A stretch of DNA of 56,350 nt, the filler included, from Platydemus manokwari (Eukaryota): NCBI GenBank assembly GCA_037951405.1. It is 4 parts of 4 records of this genome, joined end to end, with 100 filler letters (N's around TTAATTAATTAA, not from the genome) between each part and the next. Parts side by side here need not be neighbours in the genome. Positions count along the whole stretch, not along the records: positions 42,638 to 56,350 come from JBBMOY011639181.1; 3 more parts are not named here. One strand, written 5' to 3'. How positions within the stretch are numbered: the stretch's first letter is position 1; the number at the start of each line of letters is the position of its first letter. Position numbers and translations under genes: made by a program. The notes beneath the pieces were generated by a model that made no database searches, was not told where the DNA came from, and saw only the letters and a program-made list of their open reading frames with translations. Positions 42,638 through 52,835 of the stretch are shown piece by piece.

Positions 42638-42780
42638 AATTACTAAACTTTTGTCTCGTTGGCAGAAATGTATCGAATCCAATGGGCTTTATTTTGATTA
42701 ATAAACTTATTTTTAAAGCGAGTTATAGTCTTTTAAAGTTGCTGTTAGATAACGGCCATTATTTTTGCACCAACCTAATA
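42638..42780 (+). mobile_element. Mariner 3' end (transposase C-terminus plus TIR) inserted at a TA in the env gene of copy B
   Basis: ITKLLSRWQKCIESNGLYFD* is the typical mariner C-terminus, followed by ...TTTTGCACCAACCTAA and TA. Confidence 0.9.
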
Positions 42781-44239
42781 AATTATTTAAAGAAGTAAAA
42801 TTTATTAGGTATTTCAATTTAGTTAGTTCCAATTTTTCAGGCGGTTTAACTATATTTCTATTTGATAGTGCAATCCATTGATCGGGCGTTATTCTGTATA
42901 ACGGTGCTAAAATAGGGTTGCATTCTAAATTTTCGGGTTTCGTTCCTTCTTCCAAGATAATTCGAGTTATCGGTTCCATAAAACGTAGTTTTCCTTCGAC
43001 ATTGATTGGAAGTTCGTTTGTACAAGTCTCATGTTTCATTATTTGGACTGATATTTTCTTGCATTTGTAGCTATATAATTCCTAGCTTAAAACGTGGCCA
43101 AATATTCCATTTTTGGCAACCAGCATAGGCGCTACTGCGTTTGGATTTGTTAACGCCATCACTATTCTATTGCGAAAAATTTCTCGGTTTAGTTTGCGAT
43201 CGGTTAATATAACCTTTTGATATATACTAGCAACTGTATTTTGGCCAAAATGAAAAATATAGTCTAATTTATTACTAAAATAATGTGACAAGTTTATTTC
43301 ACCCTTATGGACTTTTTCCTTGGCACTTTCTAATTTTGTTTTTGATACATATAATCCTTAACAGTTGGTCTGATACTCTAATTTACCACATTTTGCCACT
43401 GTGTCTGTTCTACTAAAGCGCATTCCGACTTCAGTCAAGGTTGACATTAAAACAGTTGGAGTTTCTTTCGTTCTTACTGGGATAGCCTTTATCTTGTCCT
43501 TGGATGTTCGATCGGAAAGTAAGTTATTAATAACTTCATTTACTCGTTCACCCTTAACTTCTATTAAATTAGTTTCTTTTAAAAATGCCAAATTACAATC
43601 TTGCGACCTTACATTATATATTAATACTATCTCACCGGTTTGGCAACTTTTGTGTTTTGAGTTACAGAATGGATGAATTTGCATTTGCCCATTCCCTTCA
43701 TCAAATACGCCTCCCCGTTGTCGTATTTCGACGGAATATTCCTCCATCACTACAGCTTTATCAAAAATTTGCCCTGATAATTTAAATGATTCTCCCTTAC
43801 ATTCTTCATCTGCTTCTACGAATCCTCTAACTACAATGGATTCCCTCATGATATAACCTCTTTTTGCTGATAATTTAATTTTAGTGTGTATTTTTAATTT
43901 TCCAGTTTGAAAAGCTGCATAGCAGTTATTGGCGTCTATCTCTAATGGTCAGGAGATCGCCTTCATCATGATCAACGATGTATGACTCCATTTTCCACAG
44001 TGAAAAACAAAAGTTGTCTTTTTATCGACGTATTCTTTTACTTGCACTCTAATAAAATTTGATTCCTGCCATAGAAAATAATGCTCATTTTCGCCATTAG
44101 CGATTTTCATCGGATATGCTTCCGGGCATTCCGTTATATCTATTAACGAACAAATTTTCCCCATTTCCGTTTTAGAGCAATCGTATGCTATTAAGGTTTT
44201 AACTTCATTACCGACGCCGATTATCATTATCATTATCAT
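42781..44239 (-). pseudogene. Envelope glycoprotein, chuvirus-G / class III fusogen-like, fragmented
   Basis: Hydrophobic signal, then LIAYDC...SLIDITECP...LWQ...FHCGKWSH, later FCNSKHKSCQTG...DC, CG, ETCTNELPI...FMEPITRIILEEGT...CNPILAPLYRI...W. The Cys/motif pattern is recalled from chuvirus-like glycoproteins and was not confirmed by a search. Confidence 0.72.
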
Positions 44240-46566
44240 AAAAATTATGGCTTTGCTTCAAAAGTTTAAAGATAACATTCCATTTCTTAATATCATACTT
44301 TTCTTATTTTTTGATTTCATTAAATATATTCGAATTTTATTATTGATTGATTCAATTTCATTAAATTCCGTATTTTCCTTTTTAATGACAACGCCTGTAT
44401 GATTATTATTATCATTATTAGTATCAAAATCTTGATGAAATGGTAAGTTAAATGCTGCATCTTGAATGACGTACGTAACGTCATTTTTATGCAAATTGGC
44501 TCGTTCACATTCTACGTTCTCGTTAATAATACCTTGCTCATAATGAACTTCGACGTTATTTTTGTTTGCTTTTCCAGCAACACATTCATAATTCAACAAA
44601 TATTCATCGTCATCTAAATTTTGACCACAATATGATAAGATAATAACCGCTCGTTTCTGAACTTCTCTGAAATCCTACTTCTGATTCTCTTTACCTTTGT
44701 ACACCAATGCTCTTTGAAATTCTCCATTTCAACTCCTGATTTCATCAAACTGATCTCAAACGGAGATAGATTTAAACCTTTCTTTTCCCATATTTTTCCA
44801 CACAACGTAAAAATACTTCTGAAAGTGGAGTTAATAGGTAAACATTGTTCTATATGCCGTACTAACAAATATATTAACTCATTCAAATTATGAAACATTG
44901 ATATATTTTTCTTGATAATTTCCAAAATTTTCACTATTTCGCTAAAATTCAATGGCTCCTCCTTTAAAAGTGTACTCACCTGCTTTAGAATTTCTGTAGA
45001 GTTCTTCCATTCTCTTATACATATATTTTTTCATTTTCATAACAATATCATTTTCTGGCACGATGCAATAAATCATCACATAATCATCATCACGTAGAAT
45101 TTGATTCAAAAACGTTAGCGGAGCATCTCCTGTAACAATCTGGCTTCTCATATCTCGAACTCTCGAAAAAGAATTTATTTTTGCTTTAATCAAATCTCCT
45201 ACCCAATTTTCAACAAAAATTTCAAAATCTTTTCCTTTATAAGTAATTGTTATAAAATCTAACATTTCCGTCATTACCTTTATAAATCCTGAATTAATTA
45301 CCCTACTCCTCAAAAGCTGCGACGATATAACCGAACAGAATTCATTTCCGTTTTCGCCTAAATTAGAAAGTTTACGATTGTCTGTCATCGTATTCCAAAC
45401 TATTCTTGAAGTTTCCTCAAAACGTATAATACAAGTATCTAATTTTATTTTCCAACTCCTCAATTTTTTAATACTCTCATCATAATCAATATTCTCACTA
45501 CTACTGTCATAATCTTCATTTCTCCATCTCAACAACTTATTTGGTTTGATCATTAAATTAAGCCTTTCTTCACTTTGTAGCCTCTCGATCCATCATTCCA
45601 GTTTATTTTTCATCATCGATATTTCTGATTCACATGAATTTTGTGATTCAGATTGTGTTAAATTAACTTTGGATTGATCGTCTTGAAAGCTTTCTTTCTT
45701 TTTGGTAGACGATTGCTGAAATCTACTTGTGTTTCGTGGACATGATTTGGTAAAATGCCCGAAGTATTTCAGGAGAAGCATTTAATATGACCCTCGGTGT
45801 TAACAATGTGTCTTTGCGGTGATTTTGTGAAGATTCCTGTTTTACAGTATCTCGCAATATGACCGATTTTACCTCATGTAAAGCATGATCTATTGTCTCA
45901 AATTGGTGAATCTTGCTGTTTAAGAATTGCAGAAGTGGAACTGCTTCAAGATTTTGTTAGATTTTCACTGGTAAATGCAAATTTGTATTGATTGGCATAA
46001 TGTCCAATTCAGTTGCATTTAAAGCATGTCACCCCTAGCCGCTTCTTCGTAGAGTCGTTGACCGACGATTTACGTAATTTTATGAATAATTGCGTGGATT
46101 TTAGACGGGTATTGTCGATGGATTTCGTGGGTGATGGCCTTTCAATTTTACCCATAAAGGAGATATATGTTTCTGTCTCATATGTGGCAGGCTGGCAAAT
46201 TATCGATGTAGACTTCATTTCCACCCTCATAGCTTTTTTGATGAGTTCATCGTAGGTGGTATAATCGTTTATTGGGCAGTGTTTCGTCTGTCGATTTGAT
46301 TGTAGGCTTCTCTTGCTACGCCTTTCAAATAAAGAGGAAGTCTTTGGATCATCGTCCTTTCAGTCCAAACATATGCCGATGCATACATAAAATAGTCTGT
46401 CATAAAATCCACGAAGTCAACTGGGACTCAACCATACTGTTCGACAAGAAGCTTTTGACAACTAGGAAAATTGGCTTGTGGAACTAGTCGTATATGGTGT
46501 TGAATTGGCTGTTGGCCTGAAGAAGATTGGCTCTCTGAATACATAATCGTGAAAGTGTTCGAATGA

Positions 46567-46576
46567 GGGCTCACCA
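46567..46576 (-). promoter_or_regulatory. tRNA primer-binding site (copy B)
   Basis: TGGTGAGCCC on the minus strand, 6 nt after ...CCCCAACA. Confidence 0.7.
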
Positions 46577-47982
46577 AATAATTGTTGGGGTATTAATGAA
46601 TAGCGAACTTCTGACTTCTCAAATGTATATTAGTCAATAGACAAATACAACACTGACGAAAACCTCAATACAAACTCAATGATTTCACCAAATCTGGCTT
46701 CCAACTGGCAGTTGTCTATCTTTACATTGCTTTACTCGCGATCAGTGTGCATCTCTCTGTGGTATGATATACTACAATTTGATTTAATATTTGTCTTTCT
46801 GTGTTCTTATTGGGTATTCAGGTTTTTACATGAATGGGATTGATCAATTCCTAGATGTTTGTTTTGTGTAGTTATGCCCTTTTCCCGATTGTAATTTACT
46901 AGCTAGCTTCACTGTAATTGACCGATTGGTATGTATGTATGGTCGTGTAGGCATGTAAACATTTCAAAGTGTCAAAACAAGGGTTGCAGGTGTAATTTCG
47001 TTTTTCTTTTTGCTGAATTTCATCTCACTCAACACATAAATTAGTGTTTCTCAGAATAAAAAAGTATTGAAGGCAATATTTACAAATTTGCTTCTTTGTT
47101 TTGGAGTCAGTTTCATCCATGTTGACTCTACAAGACTCTACAAAAGATTAAGTGATAGAATCCTTTTGTATTGATTGATTTCCTTTTGATCTTTTTATCT
47201 ATCGATGACCTTTTTGAATCCTGTTTCCCATTTGTCAATTGTTGAATTATTATAAGGAAAAATATCTCGCTAGCATTATAGATCTTTTCTTTAGTCGAAA
47301 TCACAATTTCGATGGTAAATATTAAATGACTATTATAAATATCTAAATTATTTGAATTTGAAAAAATTTCAATGATTATTTCACTAATACGTTTGTTTAA
47401 ATTACTTGATGTTAGAAAAATGAAAAGTAAGTCTTTCCAATTCGTGTATGAATTTATTCACAAATGATTTCCAAACTTCTCCATATTTTTGAAGGAAAAC
47501 TTAAAAAAAATATTTTTAAGAGAACTATTTTTTAAAAATCGTCATTCACATATCTTAATTTTATAAAAATCCTGTAAAAATTTAATTGTTTCTTCGTCTC
47601 CTTTTATTTTAAATTTTTTGTAAAAGTATATTTCTACTATATCAAATTTTCTGATTTAATAAATTCTTTAATTCACTAAAATGTATTAAATAATATTTGA
47701 ATAGAATAAAAATTATTTCCGTTTTTGAATTTTCAAATATTTAAAATTAAATTATTGATTTAACGAATATTCTTGATTTTATTTTTAAAACTCTTAAAAT
47801 TTAACTCAAACAGATAGACTCAAGGCGTGTATTGTTTTTTAAATTATCGTTTTGTTTCTATTTTTATACTTGATCGATTTAATTTGAATTAAAAATCAAT
47901 GAAGATTGTTAACTGTAAGTATTTTCAATGAAATATTCATGTAAATCAAGTTGATCGTTTATAAATTTTTTATGGTTTAGAG

Positions 47983-48219
47983 CAGTGGTCTCCAAACTTT
48001 TTCAGCAAAGGGCCACATTGCTCATTTTTTTAAATTTGGAGGGCCAAAACTATGATAGGTTTACAAAAAACTCAAATTAGCCAAAATATTTTTTATTAAT
48101 TATCCTGTTATTTTCAAAAAGTTTTAATATCTTATCATAAATATGTGTATCACTTAATTTTGTCATAATGTTCGTATGTTTCATAGTAAGCTTAGCGGGC
48201 AGTACTTAGAAGACCCCTG
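47983..48219. mobile_element. Non-autonomous hAT (Charlie/Buster-type) MITE, 237 bp
   Basis: Termini CAGTGGTCTCCAAAC...TAGAAGACCCCTG. Perfect 8-bp target-site duplication GTTTAGAG at 47975-47982 and 48220-48227, with a central TA. Confidence 0.9.
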
Positions 48220-49232
48220 GTTTAGAGAATCAAAAACATGAAACCTTACCAATTGTTAACACATTTGATCAATTTAAAAAAATGTACGAAATAGTAATTT
48301 ATTAAAAAGGGAATTTTATTAATGGTGATGATATATAAGCAGTGGCAATATCACCAGTACTTTGGTATCACGAAAGATTCGTTGACTTATGAATTATGAA
48401 ATTAGCAGCGATTCAGGGATTAGAAACAATTTTTAGATAAAAATTTAATTTTAAAGAGATTAAGTTAATGGGAGTGTGTAACAGATCAGTTTACGGAAAT
48501 CATATCAAAGTATTTTACAATTACATGACAAAGAACAGGAACAACAAAAGGTAACTTGTAATAAGGACATACAAATTTAGAAATTTCAACATCTTTTTAT
48601 TAATCAGAATTGGTTAGCAATCCTTTAAACAGTTCGCTCTTTGGTTATGGGCACATGGTATAAATAGATCTTGATTCCAAATCAGTATATCCTCATGATA
48701 ATGATGATGTCAGCCAGTATAAATGTTTGAAGCTCCAAAATGTTTGTAATTGTATTGATTGATGTCGGTAACTTACAGATAGTTCAACAGAATAGTGACT
48801 TATTCTCTATTTTTAAATGCTCAACCCAGTAACTGATTTCAGTTGGACATCATTGCATTAAACAGACACTTAAATCAATATAATGATTTATTATGACATC
48901 TGTTAAGGCAGTCATTGATAATTTTTAATAAAATTTATTCTTTTAAACCAATAAATCAATGATCATCTTCCTATACAGTAAATAGTCCACGTAAAATGAT
49001 CTAATTATCTTATTTTCATGGTGAATCAACAATCGATAATTGCGTTTTATAAAATTTGATAAATTCTGCCTATTTATTCGATCGATAATAAATTGGAAAA
49101 ATAAAAATTCGATAAACACTCATTCATTTTCTCAAGTAACAGGGCATCAATAGTATTACAACTTTATCAAATAGAAATAAAATGCTCCAAAATTAAGCAT
49201 TCAAATTGACCTCGATACATTCCAAATTGCAT

Positions 49233-49697
49233 TTACTTGCCTTGGTTACTGCAGTAGCTTTCTTTATAAGTCGTTGGTTGCTTTAATGCTTGCTCACGAT
49301 TCCATTTCATCCGTTTTTCATAGAGTAGACCCCAATTGTAATCGGCTCCTGCAATATTTAGGTGAAATTTAATTTTAAAAATAATTACTACCGAACTCCT
49401 CTGGATGCTCCACTTTTTCTTTTTCAGATTTAATCGGATGTTGTTGGTTGTAAAAATTTCTAAGATTTGAGAAAAATCTCTGATGTTTTACTATGTCTGG
49501 AATATTTTCTTCAGTTTTATTTTTGAAATCATAACATGTTCTCTCACTAGGTTGCAAAGTGTATTGCTTGAACTATAATGATTAGATTATTGGTAAACAA
49601 ATTTTTAAATTGTCTTAACTTTTAATCTATCTTCAAACCAATTGTTTAATAGAGTACTTGGTTCGTACGATTTACGATTCTGCCAGTTTTCAGACAT
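49233..49697 (-). CDS. CFAP107 (C1orf158)-like ciliary microtubule inner protein, 3 exons, about 124 aa
   Basis: Exons 49697-49620 (MSENWQNRKSYEPSTLLNNWFEDRLK), 49572-49392 or 49389, and 49348-49233 (ADYNWGLLYEKRMKW...PTTYKESY...GK*). Introns are 47 and 40-43 nt. The YxxxxLxxNWxExR, NxGL and TTYxxSY motifs resemble CFAP107 as recalled. Confidence 0.7.
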
Positions 49698-51800
49698 TTC
49701 AATAAAATGCCTGAACCGATTGGTATAGCAAAATTAAAAATAGTGTGAACAAACAAATGGTTTTATCTAATTAAATACTTTGATAATAATATTTATTACT
49801 AATTTTAATTGAGTTTTTAATTTAAAATTCTAATTTTTAACATTTTAATATTTTAACTTATCACATTTTAAGCAAATAAATAATAGTTTCTGTTTAACAT
49901 TTTTATTACCAATATTTTGGTTTTAAATTTTCAATATAGGATTAATAGCTTGGCTTTGTTTAAATTGGACAATGTGAATCTTCAACCGGTTCCTATCGAT
50001 GAGAACATTTCATTGAAATTTCTAAGGAATGGATTTATTGATTTAAAGATGTAGAAATCAAGAATAAAATTTAGAAATTATCTCAATTGGAATTTTAAGA
50101 ACGAAGCTTCCCATAAGATTTATTAAGATAGGTAGTTCCTAAAGATAAGTTTTAGTTGAGTTTTCTATGTGAATGTGGCCAACATTTCTTCATAATCCAT
50201 GATATTTATTTTATTATCCTAATTCGTCTTGGTTTCATCTTTTATAACATCTAACACCTAAGAACTTCACTTCGATTTTATGAAAAAACGTTAACAATGT
50301 TCGATGAATACTTAATTTAAAGTTAAACTTACGTCTTAGAATATATTCACGTACATTGGGATACACTTAGAATACAAATCAACTAATTATGTATAAATAA
50401 CGTTCCTCATCAGATCAACCTCATAATAAATCTTTTTAAACGAAAATATTTCAACTTTTTTTAAATATTCTATGAATAAATGAAAATCCATATCGGCAAA
50501 GTTAACTTGTATGTTGCATGTGCTGCTACTAAATAGACTTAATTCGGGGTTGATATGTCGTTCTTTAATACAATAATTAATTACAAGATATATTTAATCT
50601 CACATTTAATAGTTAATCCTTCATACCTTCGATTTTTCTCTCAAGATATTTGAATTGCCTTGAGTGTTTAGATATATTGGCCATTGGTAAATTAACTGTA
50701 AAAGTAATCACAAAAATGAGATTAATGTAATTAACACAACACAAATGTAGATAATTATTAACTCTGTTGAATAAATCGAAACAGTGGCACTACTTAGAAT
50801 CTAAAGATTTGTGGGAAACACGCATCTTAAATACTTCAAATCATTAATTAAGAAATGTGGAAACAAATTCACGCTTATAAAACCAATACATTAAGAATTG
50901 AAGGATATTAATAATTCTTTTTATCGAAACTTCAGATTTAAGTTATAAATAGTCTTTCAAATTGTGGTCAAAATTACTTCTGTCGAGTCTTCGTGAAGAG
51001 ATTGTGGAATCCTCAACTTCACTAACGACACTGAAATTATCAAATGATTTATTAAATAATGTATTTGTGCATCTGCATGTATAGTTAAGCGTCCTTATAT
51101 TTTGTCTCATAATCAAAAATACCAACAATGACACAAAATTCCATTTTCATCAAGTAACTTAATTAAAACACCAATATAAGTTGTATATGTATTGTTTCAA
51201 CTATACATAATCAATTTGAAAACTAGTTCAAACCAATTCTGAACTAGTGGCAATTAATAATTTCAATGCAATCAAGCTCTTGTGAATTCGATATTTCAGA
51301 TAATTTTGAATTTTTATTTCTAAATTTTGAACCTTGAAAGAATTGAAACCAAGTTATATTAAAATGATGAAAATGGCTACATAAATTTTTGAAATAGCTC
51401 ATGTAAATTTTAACATGTATGTTTACTTTTCTTTAAAATAACTTTGCTCCAGTGTTTAACTAGAACCGAATAAATATTGATTTTTGCACTTAGTTTCGTT
51501 ATTATTTTTCGATATAGTGATACCAACATCTCATATGAATTCACAAGCGTGGTTCTTACTACCATCTCTTTAATGCATTCAATGTTAGCTATGGACATAT
51601 ATATTTCTTAAATAATAGAAATCCTAATGCTCGAATAAGTTGATTCCTAACATAGTTAATAAAAATAAAAATGATTTATTAAAAATAATAACTCGAGCTA
51701 TAAACACAATAAATAATCGAAACAATTTACATATCTGATATATGCATACTCTTCAAAATCTCGATAAATCTAGAAAGTTCTCTGAAATGTCCACTTGAAA

Positions 51801-52493
51801 TTAAGTGCGATTGTGTTGAATCCAAACCAAAGCACATTCTAAATTCCAATCATGCTGCATAAGTATTGCTTCACATTGCTTGTAATTGGCGCCAATTTGT
51901 CGATGAACAAGCTCCATTTTCAATCTACGCTCAGCTTCTTCAAAATTCCAATTTGTGCCTATTAAAACTCCGTGAGACTCTACATCAGTTGCTTGAGGAA
52001 TCTTAATTTGCATTCTAGCAATCAATGCTCTTTTTTGGTTGTATAAATAATCCGTGGTATCCGATCTCCCTCTCCTGATCTGAAGCGAGTTATGTTTTTG
52101 AGTAATGTGCTCATTCATATCAAATGGCAATAACGGTTCTTCTCGGAACTGATTAAAAAGCCTTGATGAATTAGCATACATTTCGATCGGATTGCATCGT
52201 TCTTTTGATGAATTACATCGCCTATATCTGGGTTCTTCAATGAGAAAATAGTGTGTCTTACTGATTTGATTACCTTGCTTTTCTATGGGTTCAATTCGGA
52301 CGTTGAAATTAGGTGTATCTAAAAGCGTTTGGTTTCTCTGGAGCTTAGGCTGCACTTCGGGTGATTGAATTGAAAGGCTTTGTCGATTAAGATCAGAATA
52401 AGTATCACCATCTATTTCTAGATTAGGTTCACATTGCTTATAATCGTTCTTCTTGCCAGGTGGCTTCTTACGTCTCGATAATAGTCCACCCAT
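51801..52493 (-). CDS. Intronless 230-aa protein: predicted N-myristoylation plus C-terminal tandem UBA-like domains of ACK/TNK2 type
   Basis: MGGLLSRRKK fits MGxxxS plus a basic patch, and there is an in-frame TGA four codons upstream. The C-terminus PQATDVESHGVLIGTNWNFEEAERRLKMELV...QCEAILMQHDWNLECA parallels ACK1 (VTTEECQAALQxHGWSVQRAAQYLKVEQL...ECHKVLEMFDWNLEQA, recalled). Confidence 0.8.
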   Translation of the reverse strand: MGGLLSRRKKPPGKKNDYKQCEPNLEIDGDTYSDLNRQSLSIQSPEVQPKLQRNQTLLDTPNFNVRIEPIEKQGNQISKTHYFLIEEPRYRRCNSSKERCNPIEMYANSSRLFNQFREEPLLPFDMNEHITQKHNSLQIRRGRSDTTDYLYNQKRALIARMQIKIPQATDVESHGVLIGTNWNFEEAERRLKMELVHRQIGANYKQCEAILMQHDWNLECALVWIQHNRT

Positions 52494-52649
52494 AATGTGA
52501 TGTCAATAAAAATTCAAAATAATATTTAATTGAGCAAATTCGTACGCGAAATCATGACCTTGAATTGCCACATTGTAGTTCAGCTAAATTGAAATAATCA
52601 AATACGCATCAATACTAAGGATAGACAATGAAACAAAGGCATAGCAGCA

Positions 52650-52835
52650 CCCGTGCGCATGTGTGATGATCACACCATGACTCAGTAAAACAATCAATAT
52701 GGTTAATTTACACATACAAACAATGTACACTGGTTACATCTGGATACATCTGCACACAATGCAAAGCTAGCACTTGTGTTTGTCTGTGTGATTGTTGGTT
52801 ACTGGATTGGCTGGCAAACAGCCAATTATAAAATG
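52650..52835 (-). promoter_or_regulatory. Putative promoter of the UBA-protein gene (AP-1 site, inverted CCAAT pair)
   Basis: TGACTCA at 52678-52684; ATTGGCTG-n5-CAGCCAAT at 52806-52826; locally GC-enriched. Confidence 0.4.

Larger units (their letters stand above)
42781..47240 (-). mobile_element. Decayed LTR element copy B: LTR-PBS-gag(3xCCHC)-unknown region-chuvirus-like glycoprotein
   Basis: LTR 3' end ...CCCCAACA at 46583 (5' edge near 47240 is approximate); PBS at 46576-46567. Gag reads DFMTDYFMYASAYVW...LPLYLKGVAREAY. Knuckles CFKCN*IGHYANQY, CFT*GKIGHIARYC and CFS*..GHFTKSC. Region X comprises ORFs 45553-44942, 44979-44614 and 44599-44258. Env ORFs run from 44239 to 42781. Confidence 0.85.

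Noticed and set aside
42713-42780. C-terminal tail of ORF 42713..43039 (LLGWCKNNGRYL...)
   Set aside because: It is read-through into the inserted mariner TIR and is not part of the glycoprotein.
32542-47240. One composite element that captured the integrin gene
   Set aside because: Both flanking copies are 5' halves in opposite orientation, are highly diverged and share no TSD. The integrin has normal introns and its own promoter motifs.
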